From: a virus
IMG/VR virus record: IMGVR_UViG_3300009285_002342
Span: 32,001-96,000 of that record
Direction: 5' to 3' (one strand)
Length of the DNA stretch: 64,000 bases
In this document: positions 38,992-49,280 of the stretch, piece by piece
Numbering within the stretch: the stretch's first letter is position 1
How the letters are laid out: each line of letters starts with the position of its first letter
Notes under the pieces: model-generated
What the model was told of the DNA's origin: nothing
Databases searched by the model: none
Seen by the model: only the letters and a program-made list of their open reading frames with translations
Program-made: the position numbers and the translations under genes

Positions 38992-39893
38992 TTTCTCCTC
39001 ACTTCCTTCATTATTTCATTAGCCCATTCATCCGGTATCGAACCGGAATCCAAACCTTCTCCTACCGGCCCTAACTTTACAATTTCTTTACCGAAAGCGC
39101 TTAATTCTGCTTCCATTCTGTCTCCCATTCTTTCTCCAGCAGGATCTCCGTCTCCGAATAGAAAAAACCGTTCAAAATTATTAATTAGCAATTTTAATTG
39201 TTCCGGTCGAAATTTAACTCCGAACGTAGCTACCGCACCTTCCCCTAAACGCCACACTCCAGTTATTCCTTCGACTACCGCTACGGATTTCCATTTAGCT
39301 CTATCGAAACCATATAAAACGTGTTTATGATGTCTAACTTCCCAATCTTCCGGACAGCCAATATATTTATGTTCGTCTAAATCGGTAATGTCCCGCGCTT
39401 GCCATGATACCGTTCGGTTCCGGAAATTTATCGGCGCTACGATTCGATTTGGATATTCGCCCCATTCTGCTGTTCCCGATAATCCGTATTCCTTTTCTAA
39501 TTTTTCGGGATCGAATTTTCTTCTTTCTAAATAGCGTTTATGCTGGGTATTCATAGAAATTAGCGAAGACGGAAATTTTAAACGTTCGCGTTTCGTCCGT
39601 AGGGAGATAGGGGGAAGGTAAAGATCGTTCGTGTATCGGGCTATTAAACCCCTTAGAATCGATATTTCTTTAGGGTCCGTTCCCGATAAGGCGGAAAATA
39701 CTTCATACAATGATTTTTTTTGACACCGATAACAGGTAGCGAAACCTTTTTCAATGTTTAACCCAAGATGAAAACCTGGGCTTCCGGTACAAAAGGGGCA
39801 AGGCACTCCTACCCATCCTTTACGGTAGTGTTTGTTTCCGGGCGGAGCAGTCGGAATTCGATAGTCAAGACAAAATTGCCGGAAGTCAATCAT
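38988..39893 (-). CDS. DNA primase (Zn-finger + TOPRIM)
   Basis: CPFC..CYRC, WQAR, VVEG, DGD. Confidence 0.88.
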   Translation of the reverse strand: MIDFRQFCLDYRIPTAPPGNKHYRKGWVGVPCPFCTGSPGFHLGLNIEKGFATCYRCQKKSLYEVFSALSGTDPKEISILRGLIARYTNDLYLPPISLRTKRERLKFPSSLISMNTQHKRYLERRKFDPEKLEKEYGLSGTAEWGEYPNRIVAPINFRNRTVSWQARDITDLDEHKYIGCPEDWEVRHHKHVLYGFDRAKWKSVAVVEGITGVWRLGEGAVATFGVKFRPEQLKLLINNFERFFLFGDGDPAGERMGDRMEAELSAFGKEIVKLGPVGEGLDSGSIPDEWANEIMKEVRRK

Positions 39894-39920
39894 CGCTTTT
39901 CCGATATAGGTTAAAAGACG

Positions 39921-40015
39921 TTCCTAGGCTTCGTAGAATCGCTTAGGTTAAACGATCTAAATTTTTCCGATAAAGGGTACGGATAAAATTTTTAAATCGA
40001 TTCTAGGGGATTCTA
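39921..40015. repeat. dispersed bipartite palindromic element, copy 3
   Basis: TTCCTAGGCTTCGTAGAATCGCTTAGGTTAAACGATCTA-N34-AAATCGATTCTAGGGGATTCTA. Confidence 0.85.
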
Positions 40016-40381
40016 CGTAGATTTCTTAAAAATCGGTTCGTACCATTCCGGTTTCTTCGTGATTAAAACCATACGATAAAACCAGTGAGTTGCTTCGTCT
40101 AAGACCCAAGGCGGGTTAATTGGTGAATTAGGAATTTTGTAAGGTAGAAGTTTCGTTCGTATTCCATCAGCTAAGACTGCTCTAAGGCCGACATTGTAAT
40201 AATCTTTTAGGGAATCTACGTATCCTGCCCATCGCTTTACGTTCGGATGCCTAGACCATCCCGTAGTTCCTTCTAAGGCGCTTACGGATTGCATCGCCTC
40301 TAAGACCTGTTTCCATTTCCGCTTTGGATCTAAGACGGCATAACATTGTTCATAATCTTCGTATGGAATAAAATGTTGCAT
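40013..40381 (-). CDS. pyrimidine-dimer DNA glycosylase / endonuclease V-like protein
   Basis: MQ.F.PY....LD.KR..KQ..EA.Q...HP...W.GY. Confidence 0.7.
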   Translation of the reverse strand: MQHFIPYEDYEQCYAVLDPKRKWKQVLEAMQSVSALEGTTGWSRHPNVKRWAGYVDSLKDYYNVGLRAVLADGIRTKLLPYKIPNSPINPPWVLDEATHWFYRMVLITKKPEWYEPIFKKST

Positions 40382-40382
40382 A

Positions 40383-41957
40383 TTAATTCATACTCCTTTT
40401 CCTACGCATTTCGCGGGCCATTTCCATTGCTTCTTCATTAATTTTAATAGCAACATCTCTTTGAATCAGTAATTCGGCAGCGGTCTTCTTCCTGTTTTCT
40501 TTTAATATTTTAATTTGAGATTTAATCGCAGAAAGATCGCCGTCAGTAAAGTCTGAATTATCGCAAGTCGTAACATAAACCAATAATTTAAATTCCTTAT
40601 CGCATTTTTTACAATATTTTACTCTTATATTTAACTCCGAACCAAAACCAGATATCGCTACAACTTGATGATTCCCGCAGAAAGGACATTTTATATTTGG
40701 GCAAAAGTTAGTATCGTTGCTCATTATTTTCTCCTTAGTAATCCAAATCCCTTTTCGGGAATAGAGTTTAAACAGGATTCGCCTTTACGATGCACATAGC
40801 GCAAACCTTTATCGGGAATTCTACGAAGAAAAAGCAACCTTCCGCATCTTGGGCATCTTACTGATTTTGGTTTCATAAGATTTTAAGATATTTGCATTTT
40901 ACACATTCTTGCTCATGCTTTCGGATCTTACACAAAGAAGGGCTCGTCCAATAACCTTTCGCAGGGCAATTAAACGCAGAAGATAAAGTATATTTATAAC
41001 AAGAATCATTAGAAGGTTTTATGGTTTTACCATTACAAATTCCTGTAACTGCCGGAATATCCCCGCTTCGGTCCGCTTCGTAGTATCGCGCACACATTCC
41101 GCAAAAACCTTCGGCAGGGATATTCCGGGTAAATCGGCTACGGGTAAATCGACTCATTACAATGTTTCCTGTAATTTAAGAAGACATGATTCGCAGACAT
41201 TCTTAGTAGTCGAAACCCGGACAAAATTTGGATAGGAAATTACCGTAATACGATAGGTAGCAATCTCTTTATGGCAGACCATACACGGAAAATCTTTCGG
41301 TTCTGTAGGCGTCCAAGTTTCCCAAGTAATCGGTTCTATCTGCATGCTTCCTCCTCGAAAGATTTAAAAAGAAGACGTTTGCGCTGGTAAGTTTCGAAAT
41401 CGGGAAAGATTTCAAAGAAAAGCATAACCATTTCTGGTTTAACTTGGCGTGTTACTTCAAGAGTCATATAGAGAATTTCAAAAAAATCTTTCTTAGGTTC
41501 AGATAAGGCGCATAAAACTTCCGTTTGAACTTCTGGTTGAATAAAACGTCTGAAAAGGATTTCTCTACGTTTTGAAAGATTTTTTTCTTCATTACGCTTA
41601 TGTGCGATTTTCTGTTTTTCCTGAATTTCCCGTTTCCGTTTTTTATCTACCTTTCTCATTTTTCCCCTCCTCTCTATATTTTTCGGCTTCTTTCTTGATA
41701 TATTTCTCGGTCGTATCCCCGGAATCGGTCCATTCGACGGCCCGCCAAACTTCCGAAAGTTTATTTTTCCTTTCCGTCAATTCATTAATTTTTTCTTTAA
41801 TAAATTGAACGTCGTTAAGGATTGATTTAGTATCCAAAGCAATATCCGGATATCCTCTATGTTCTAAAGACAGCGCCATCCGTTCTAGGTCTTCTTCTGA
41901 ATTTAGAAGATCTTCGCCGTCTTTACAGTAAAGATAGTTAAAAGATCCACCGCTCAT
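40383..41957 (-). CDS. cluster of small early hypothetical ORFs (40383-40724, 40873-41157, 41157-41345, 41336-41659, 41643-41957)
   Basis: Contiguous ORFs behind the 42000 promoter. Confidence 0.55.
40724..40876 (-). CDS. 50-aa zinc-finger protein (Com-like N-terminus), not in ORF track
   Basis: MKPKSVRCPRCGRLLF...KGFGLLRRK*; overlaps neighbours' start/stop. Confidence 0.55.
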   Translation of the reverse strand: MKPKSVRCPRCGRLLFLRRIPDKGLRYVHRKGESCLNSIPEKGFGLLRRK

Positions 41958-41999
41958 TTTTCCCCTCCTTTTTCCGCCGGTTAAAAAATCTTTACAGCG

Positions 42000-42028
42000 T
42001 TTATAATCAAGAAAATAAAGAAAGTCAA
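42000..42028 (-). promoter_or_regulatory. sigma70-type promoter, class I (TTGACT-N17-TATAAA)
   Basis: Near-consensus -35/-10; spacer nearly identical to 46463-46491. Confidence 0.85.
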
Positions 42029-42045
42029 GAAAATAAATAAAAAAA

Positions 42046-42615
42046 TTATGCCTGTCTTAACTCGTAGGCTTCCCGAAGCATCCCCATATCCAGCTCTCCG
42101 ACATGCTTCGCAAGTTCCTCTTCGTATTTTTTAATCCGATTCGCTTTTTCGAAAATTTGCCTTCGAAGTGAATTATTTTCTTCAACTAGTTGCTGTATCT
42201 TTTCTTGCATTGAACAGTTTCGTTTAATTTGTTCGTCTAACTCAACAGTCGGTTTTTCTATTAACGCTCTTACCGCTTCGATAATATAAAAGCCTACTTC
42301 GGCAGCTTTCATTTTACCTATGGAAATTACAGGTTTCGGTTTTTCTTCTATCGTAACTGCTGGTTCTTCGGTAACTCGTTCAAGGATTTTTTCGATATTT
42401 CGACGATAATAACCGCGTTCGCCCTTTGCGATAAATCCGTTATTTTGAAGTTTGCGAATTGCGCTATGAAGCGAAGAATCGGAAACCGCTTTCTTTGTTT
42501 CAGCCATTAATCCACGTTTAATATCGTTCGGCGAAAATTCTTCAATACTCATCGGCATTACCGCTAATTTATTTAAAATTGCAGTTTCCATTTCCCCGTT
42601 TTTCCATTGTTTCAT
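42046..42615 (-). CDS. wHTH + coiled-coil protein
   Basis: SSLHSAIRKLQNNGFI...RGYY. Confidence 0.55.
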   Translation of the reverse strand: MKQWKNGEMETAILNKLAVMPMSIEEFSPNDIKRGLMAETKKAVSDSSLHSAIRKLQNNGFIAKGERGYYRRNIEKILERVTEEPAVTIEEKPKPVISIGKMKAAEVGFYIIEAVRALIEKPTVELDEQIKRNCSMQEKIQQLVEENNSLRRQIFEKANRIKKYEEELAKHVGELDMGMLREAYELRQA

Positions 42616-42627
42616 TTTCTTTCCTTT

Positions 42628-43995
42628 CTAAGATAAAGTTTTATAAACCCGTTGGCGAGAATAGTAAGATCCGTAAAGGCATCTTACATTATAATCCAGG
42701 TAATCGTAAATCTTCGCATTTCCTTTACCTTCTTTCGGACGTAAAACGCGGCCCAGATATTGTGTTATCCTACCGGAAAATCTAATCGGCATTGTTAAAA
42801 ACAAAGCGGAAAGATTTTTACAATCAAAACCTTCTCCGATTAGTTGCCCGGTAGCTACTAAGACTTGGATTTTTCCGGCGTTTACCCGTTTTACAATATC
42901 CTCTCTTAAAACCTTTTTTGTATCGCCGGTTAGCATTTCCGTTTTGTTTAATCCGGAATCTTTGAATAGTTCTAAAAGCGTATCGCAATGTGTCTTCCTA
43001 TCCGATAGAACTAAACAGGTTTCTCCGTTTCGTACTTCTTTTATTACATCCGAAACGATCATTTGATTCCGGTCCCTATCGCCGGCAATTTCCGTAAGAA
43101 GTTTAGAATATTCTTCCGATGGATTTCCTAATCTTGTACGGAAATTCGTCGAACGAACAATAGGTTCAATCCCGACGATATGACCTTCTTCAATTAATTC
43201 GCTCGAATTGACTTTATGTCGTATCGGACCACAAAACCATCCGATCACCTTATCTAATTTATCGTTACGGTAAGGAGTAGCACTTAGCCCGGTAATGTAT
43301 TTCCCTTTAAAGTATTGTACAACGTCGGAAAAAAGACTAGCTGCCACTCTATGTGCTTCATCCACAATCAGATATCCGTAATCGTGGATAATGTCCGGAT
43401 GTTTTCGCAAAGTTTGAATCAAAGCTACTGTAATTTTTGGTTTGGGATTTACCTTACCGTCACCGATAGTCCCGATTTCTTTTTTATCAATATCAAGAAA
43501 TGAACTTATCCGATCTATCCATTGATTTAGCAGTTCTTTTGTATGAACGATTATTATTGTTGGTTGTTTTCTTTCGGCGATCATCTTAATTCCCATTACG
43601 GTTTTTCCCGAGCCGGTTGCAGCGCAAAGAGTTCCTTCCTCGTACCGTAACATTTCGAAAATCGCTTCTTCTTGATATGGACGAAGATCGCCGGTGAATT
43701 TAAAGTTGATCGGTTTTTTCTCGTCGGTCTTTCTGACTATCTTAGTTTCTATCTTTTCCCGCATACAAATTTCTAACAACTCACTTAAAAATCCTCTAGG
43801 AGCAAATAAAGTTCCGCTCCATGCATGCCCTTCATAGAATTCTAAATATTCAGGAGTCTTATACTGCGAACGGTTCATCCGTTCATTTTCTACGAATTGC
43901 GGATTCTGAAGCGTTAATGGTTTAACGATTAATTCCGTTAATTTTTCTGAGATATACGGAATTTCGATTTTATCTTTAACGATGATAGTATTCAT
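42628..43995 (-). CDS. SF2 DEAH-box helicase (UvsW/Res-like)
   Basis: LRPYQ, ATGSGKT, DEAH, SATP, EGFD, QYLGRVLR. Confidence 0.92.
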   Translation of the reverse strand: MNTIIVKDKIEIPYISEKLTELIVKPLTLQNPQFVENERMNRSQYKTPEYLEFYEGHAWSGTLFAPRGFLSELLEICMREKIETKIVRKTDEKKPINFKFTGDLRPYQEEAIFEMLRYEEGTLCAATGSGKTVMGIKMIAERKQPTIIIVHTKELLNQWIDRISSFLDIDKKEIGTIGDGKVNPKPKITVALIQTLRKHPDIIHDYGYLIVDEAHRVAASLFSDVVQYFKGKYITGLSATPYRNDKLDKVIGWFCGPIRHKVNSSELIEEGHIVGIEPIVRSTNFRTRLGNPSEEYSKLLTEIAGDRDRNQMIVSDVIKEVRNGETCLVLSDRKTHCDTLLELFKDSGLNKTEMLTGDTKKVLREDIVKRVNAGKIQVLVATGQLIGEGFDCKNLSALFLTMPIRFSGRITQYLGRVLRPKEGKGNAKIYDYLDYNVRCLYGSYYSRQRVYKTLS

Positions 43996-44000
43996 GAATT

Positions 44001-44742
44001 TTACCTTATCAGATTAATTTCGTTATCTTCGGATTGTTCAATATTCAAGATATTTAAAATTTCATCCAAGTCCAATATTTTTCTATCCGTTAGAACGTCA
44101 ATTAAATTACCAAGAACTTTACAAAGGTTTTGTTTATCCTCTCCTATAGAATTTTCTACAAAAGTATTTAAACGAGGATAATCGTTCATTAAACCTTCTT
44201 TATAGTTGTATTTTTTAATTTCTAATGTTGCCATAATAAACTCCATGATATGCGGTTAACCGCCACCGCAAGGCCAAAAAGGTTTTACATTTCGCAATGA
44301 TCGGCCAAGGTAGCGACAAGATGATCGTAGTCTTTGGATCGGGCTTCGTTAACGACATCATCAACTTCTTTCAAGGTCCATTTTTCTCTCATCGCTTGGC
44401 TTACGAAAGCCCCGATTAACGCGAAGGCATTTCCGTCGAGCCCAACAAGGTTCAATTTTACCTTTTTCTTTTCTTGATTAATTGAATTCATTTTTCCTCC
44501 AAAGAAAATTGATTAAGTTTGTCGCAGACTTTCTTTGCAGATTCATAGGATTCAAACCTTCTGATTCTACCATTTCTAGACCTTAGAATTAATCCGGAAC
44601 CACTTCCTGATAAATTTTTGAAAATAAACCAGTGTCTTTTTTTGCTTCCGTTGCTAACTGGTTCCCATTTCATTTTTCTTCCTTTTCTACGCAGCCATTT
44701 TGATTGCGGTATCCAGCGCCCGTTTGTTGAGCGAATATCCAT
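44001..44742 (-). CDS. three small hypothetical ORFs (44001-44246, 44285-44491 with LVGLDGNAF, 44488-~44680)
   Basis: Operon packing. Confidence 0.55.
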
Positions 44743-45670
44743 CCGCGAACCATGCGCTGTTCAGCCGGTTATCCGCGTTTTGTCCGCGATGGTACATCAG
44801 GAATTCATTGAAGGCATTATATGCTCCCCACCACGTTCTTGCCTTCGGAAGATCGGAACCGATCCCGTTTTCGAAAAGTTCGATGATTTTGTTTTCGGTA
44901 GGTTTCGGCTTTTCTTCTTCCTTCTTCCCGCCATTCGGCCCACCTTCCGGTCCTTCCAACTTCGGATCGAAAACGATTCGGATATAACGCATAAGATCAG
45001 TTTCGTTTACATCACGGGAAGCTAAGAATCGATATTGTTCTATCGTCGCTTCGAAAGACACCTTAGACAGATTGAGCATATCCCGAAGTGCCACGATGTT
45101 TTCGTGAAGTCTCGGTGTATGGATAATTCGGATAAGGCGGGAATTTCCGTCTTTTTCCGCTGCCGAAAGGGTATTGTTACATACTACCCGGATAGGCGTA
45201 AAACCAAACCGAACAGCCATCGTTCCGTCATGCGCATTACTCAAAAGAACGTAAGGCCGGATTTCATCGCCTTTCCCGATTTCCGCACTATCGGAATTTA
45301 TACGGGCTAAGATCCATACCCTACGCCCGTTTTTCAACGATCCTGCGGTTTCTAGAAGAAGCGATTTGTCTTTGACTAAAGGGGCGAAGATTCCGAAGGC
45401 TTCTGCATTTTGAAGCGGCGTCCAATTCGCGCCTACGGTCCCTAGAATTTCTTCGGTATCTACGCGCATAATCGCCCTTGGTTCGACTTCTTCGAAAACG
45501 TCATTAGGTTTTACCGCATATAGCGGAAGCGGGATAACTGTCCAGTCCAGATTCGCCTTCGTTAATGCTTCTTCTACGGAAGGGGGATTGTCTAAAACTA
45601 TCCCTAATCCGTGCCAAGGGGTAGCGCCTACCGAAAACATATTATCGCGTTCCATAATCATATGTGCCAT
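44687..45670 (-). CDS. DUF932 phage/plasmid-like protein
   Basis: MAH..PWHGLG, LDW.V, QN.EAF, ETAGSL.NGR, HDG, TPIRVVCNNTL, TWWGAYNA. Confidence 0.88.
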   Translation of the reverse strand: MAHMIMERDNMFSVGATPWHGLGIVLDNPPSVEEALTKANLDWTVIPLPLYAVKPNDVFEEVEPRAIMRVDTEEILGTVGANWTPLQNAEAFGIFAPLVKDKSLLLETAGSLKNGRRVWILARINSDSAEIGKGDEIRPYVLLSNAHDGTMAVRFGFTPIRVVCNNTLSAAEKDGNSRLIRIIHTPRLHENIVALRDMLNLSKVSFEATIEQYRFLASRDVNETDLMRYIRIVFDPKLEGPEGGPNGGKKEEEKPKPTENKIIELFENGIGSDLPKARTWWGAYNAFNEFLMYHRGQNADNRLNSAWFADGYSLNKRALDTAIKMAA

Positions 45671-45896
45671 TGTTAGTTTCCCTCCTTAATCCTTAGTTTG
45701 ATTTCGATATGTCCCGGAATATTTCGTAGGTCGTATCCAATTCCTGCAACTTCTAAAAGAAGAGAAATAAATCCAGCAGGAAGATTGTTGGAAATAAAAT
45801 GTTCATCATATTCCGGATAACCATACATTTCGGCAATTATTGACGCTATCGCGACTTTTCTTGCCCAGAATTTTTCGCCGGTTAGTTCTTCTTTGT

Positions 45897-46409
45897 TCAT
45901 AACTCCTCCTTTATTGCTTCTCGGATTTCTTTAAACGATTCCCAACATCGGTTAATATTCCACCCCTCCTTTTTAACCAGATATTTTTGTAGAACATGTT
46001 TAGACATCTTCGTACTTCCGTTCCGCCTCATTTCCCAGATTAACTGCGTAGGCGGATTTATAACATAATTAACCATTTCTTTTGATCTACCGGAAAGCCC
46101 ATCGACCATCCCTTTTAACGCCGCAGCCTTTAAGGGGCAACCATCCGGATGCGCTATGGTTTCGATATCGGTATCGCAGAAAACAGCGGAAGGAAAAGAT
46201 TGAATGAATTTACGGAAATGAAGATTAAGGGAATGATAAAAGAAGGTAGAAAATTTTGATTTTGAAGGATCGTATTTTTCTTTAGTTTTAAGAAAACATA
46301 AATATCCTTCTGAAATTAATTCGTCGTAATAATTGTTACCAGAAGACCACGCTCTAGCTCTTGAGCAGACTAAGCTATGGAAATCTTCGTATTTGATTTC
46401 TTCCCCCAT
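45897..46409 (-). CDS. sigma-factor-like protein
   Basis: YDELISEGYL.FL....YDPSKSKFSTF (region 2). Confidence 0.7.
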   Translation of the reverse strand: MGEEIKYEDFHSLVCSRARAWSSGNNYYDELISEGYLCFLKTKEKYDPSKSKFSTFFYHSLNLHFRKFIQSFPSAVFCDTDIETIAHPDGCPLKAAALKGMVDGLSGRSKEMVNYVINPPTQLIWEMRRNGSTKMSKHVLQKYLVKKEGWNINRCWESFKEIREAIKEEL

Positions 46410-46462
46410 TCTTCTCCTTTCATAGAAAAGCGTAAAGGGTTTAAAAATACAGCGTTTTCCTA

Positions 46463-46491
46463 CCTATAACCAAGAAAATAAAGAAAGTCAA
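46463..46491 (-). promoter_or_regulatory. sigma70-type promoter, class I (TTGACT-N17-TATAGG)
   Basis: Upstream of the early operon. Confidence 0.75.
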
Positions 46492-46517
46492 GAAAATAAT
46501 TTATTTATTTGAAAATC

Positions 46518-46546
46518 TTTATATTCCTGTTTTTAAAGGAAGTCAA
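46518..46546 (-). promoter_or_regulatory. sigma70-type promoter, class I (TTGACT-N17-TATAAA)
   Basis: Tandem with the previous promoter; AT-rich upstream region. Confidence 0.8.
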
Positions 46547-46620
46547 GAAAATTTTTAAAATATTTTAATTAATAAAAACAGATAGTTATAAAAATACTTC
46601 GGTAGAATAACCTAAGCCCC

Positions 46621-46708
46621 TTCCTAGGCGTTTTCCCTAAAAACCATATAGGGATACGCCTTACGGGTAGATCGTTTAACGTAGGGGATTCTACGAAGAC
46701 GTAGAAGG
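46621..46708. repeat. dispersed bipartite palindromic element, copy 4 (inverted)
   Basis: Reverse complement reads CCTTCTACGTCTTCGTAGAATCCCCTACGTTAAACGATCTA-N34-AAACGCCTAGGAA. Confidence 0.8.
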
Positions 46709-46741
46709 GGAATAAAGTGAGACAGGATAGTAACGGGAACA

Positions 46742-46788
46742 GCGGGGATTATCCTTCGGATTATAAACACAAATCCGGCAATCCCCGC
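46742..46788. terminator. hairpin at the end of the late operon
   Basis: GCGGGGATT...AATCCCCGC. Confidence 0.4.
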
Positions 46789-46866
46789 ATCCTTCTATAA
46801 CGGTAAATACAGAAGGACGAAAAAGTTGAAAAAGACATCTTACCATAACAAGCCGAATGCAAGTTA

Positions 46867-47259
46867 TCAGATATTTTTATTACCGCAAAGATCGTTTAGT
46901 TTTTTTAATAGATATTCTTTAACTTCTTCGCTAGGTGGATCTTTTCTAACATATCCATCTTGCGTTTCGTTAAGAATAAAATGTTGAAGTTTACATTCTT
47001 TACTTAAATAACAATAAGCAAGAATATATCCAGGCGGAATAACCAACAACATTGCAAATTTAATATCTTCGTTTTGATTCGGGTTTTTAACCGAAACAGA
47101 TAAAACCGTCCCGTCTGTTTCGGTATTAACCATTTCCCATTCAGAAATTACCCTTGGATCTATTTCTGATTCAAAGGTATAAGAATAAGAAGAACCCGTT
47201 AGAAACCCAACAAAAAGAATAAGGAATAATACGATTTTCTTCATCTTTTTTCTCCTCAC
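46867..47259 (-). CDS. secreted/membrane hypothetical protein
   Basis: Signal-peptide-like N-terminus. Confidence 0.6.
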   Translation of the reverse strand: MRRKKMKKIVLFLILFVGFLTGSSYSYTFESEIDPRVISEWEMVNTETDGTVLSVSVKNPNQNEDIKFAMLLVIPPGYILAYCYLSKECKLQHFILNETQDGYVRKDPPSEEVKEYLLKKLNDLCGNKNI

Positions 47260-47260
47260 T

Positions 47261-47935
47261 TTAAAATGGAGGTTCTAATTCCTCCGTTTTAGGTTTTATG
47301 GCGCATTCGGCTTGCGCTAATTTAAGTTTATTTCTTCCTAATGCAGAAACGCCTAAGATCGCACAAGGAACGCTAAAGAGCGCGACTAGAGCGCCGATAA
47401 TGACAGGAAGTTGAGTTATAAAGGCTATATCTTTATCGCCTATAGCTTTCATAATAGCGTCACATAAACGCCAAGCCGTAAATCCAAAAGAAGTCCCGGT
47501 AATAAACCCGATGTATGGCCGCCAAGACCACTGCATCCAATGTTCGGACTTTGTTTCTTCCCGCATTGTAGCGTTTACTTCGGAAATCTGTTTGATTGCT
47601 TCTTCCGTTGCTAACCTTTCTTTATCGACTAACAACCTTTCTTTTTCTATATCCAATTTTGAATGCTCTAATACAAGTTCCTCAATACGGATCTTATATT
47701 GAGCGTCTATTTCCTTAGCCTTTAAAAGTTTTTCGGGGTCTTGAAAGGCGGAAAAGATTTCTTCCGGTAAAGGTTCTGCTTTATCTAAACCTAAAGCCCC
47801 GGAAACTATAGAAACCAATCCCTTTCCCGCCATTCCTCCGGCCGGCCCTAGAAAAAAACTTCCTAAAGTCGGTAATCCTAATTCGAAAGCTTTTTGCCCT
47901 AATGATTTCCAGTCCATTAGTCCTCCTTCTCCCAT
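47261..47935 (-). CDS. holin (3TM-holin-like)
   Basis: P.LG..LGGP.G N-terminus, SWRPYIG, C-terminal TMs. Confidence 0.75.
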   Translation of the reverse strand: MGEGGLMDWKSLGQKAFELGLPTLGSFFLGPAGGMAGKGLVSIVSGALGLDKAEPLPEEIFSAFQDPEKLLKAKEIDAQYKIRIEELVLEHSKLDIEKERLLVDKERLATEEAIKQISEVNATMREETKSEHWMQWSWRPYIGFITGTSFGFTAWRLCDAIMKAIGDKDIAFITQLPVIIGALVALFSVPCAILGVSALGRNKLKLAQAECAIKPKTEELEPPF

Positions 47936-48118
47936 CCATGTTCTCCGATTAAAACTAAATCGGAAAATGTCGTAGAAAAATCTTCCGCATCTTTTTTCCT
48001 AGCGAAACGTAATGCTTTATATGGATCGTTAGCCCATATTATTTCTGCATTTTCTACCGAAACAAATAAAAGTGTAGTCGGATCTTCGTCACTATATCTT
48101 TCTACAACCCATCCGAAT

Positions 48119-48586
48119 TCAGTTTTCATCTTTCTCCTTTTTTGTTTTCTTCGGAATTTCTACATCTTTGTCAAGATTATAGAATTTAATCTTTCCGATT
48201 TGTTTTACGAAAGTTTCTTCAGTAGCCCACTTCGGCGCTTTGCCAATTTTATCTAAAGAAATGTCATAATACGAATCAGCGCCGACTACCGGATTTTTTA
48301 ACGCTCTGTCGAAAGCGCGGCAAGCTATCGCTAAACACTTCGTCCAAGACTCATCACTGCTTTGCGGCCAAGTTATGAGTTGCGGATCTTTCGGATCGGT
48401 AAGGGAAGAAAATTGCCATTTTTTAAAGACAACGGACATTATATCCTTCCCCCACCATGTCGGGCTATCTACCCGGTTAAGTACGCAATACGCTACAGCC
48501 GTTTTTGCTTCATCCGGTTCGCCCCTAGCCTCTCGCCAAATCGTTAAAGCTAAAAAGGTTTTATCTGCGTGTTCTTGCTGATTCAT
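48119..48586 (-). CDS. endolysin, SleB/Hydrolase_2 cell wall hydrolase
   Basis: LALTIWREARGE, VLNR, WQFS, GADSY, P.WA, IG..KFY. Confidence 0.9.
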   Translation of the reverse strand: MNQQEHADKTFLALTIWREARGEPDEAKTAVAYCVLNRVDSPTWWGKDIMSVVFKKWQFSSLTDPKDPQLITWPQSSDESWTKCLAIACRAFDRALKNPVVGADSYYDISLDKIGKAPKWATEETFVKQIGKIKFYNLDKDVEIPKKTKKEKDEN

Positions 48587-49280
48587 TTTAAATCTCCTCT
48601 AAGATTGGTATTTGTAAAAATTTGCTTGCCGTTTTCATTAAAGAAACTCTATCGCTATCTTTCGTCAGTTTTTCGAATCCTTCTCTACACGCGCAACACA
48701 ATCCATCCGCTTTCGTTCGATTCCAAGAATTCAAGGAATGCCCACATTTTTTACATTTATTACGAACCTTGTTTTCTCTGAATTGGCCAATATGAATTAT
48801 CTGTTGACTTTTTATTTTCTGTTTTAACTCCAATTTTCTCATAATACAACTCCATGCAGTCGCACTGATGAGGTTCTTCAAGATTATAATAAATACATTT
48901 TTCTCCAGGTTTCGTATTTCTAGCGGTAAAACATCGGCAAGCAGACTGCTTAACGAAGTTTGTTTCATTGCATGTATTTATAACTCCGAATTCGCAAAGG
49001 GATTCTTTCATTGATTCCCTTCCTATATAATTAAATTCTACCGCGTATCTTCCGGAAAAAATGCCATGGAGAACAATTAAAAATATTACAAGCTTTTTTA
49101 TTTTCGCAAAGACCCGTTCCTTCTTTAAAATCTGGGCAAGGTCTTATCGGATCACCGAAAGCAAAAGTTCGCCATTCTTTTTCTTCAAAATTATCCCTGT
49201 CTTTTTTATAAATTTCTGCATTTCCTTCTTTGACTAAGGTAGGCCCAGCGCTCATTTTTTCTTCCTTAATAAAAGAATAT

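Noticed and set aside
48588-49011. Overlapping ORFs 48588..48968 and 48760..49011 as a programmed frameshift
   Set aside because: No clear slippery site or recognisable domain spanning the junction; more likely two small Cys-rich genes with an uncertain start
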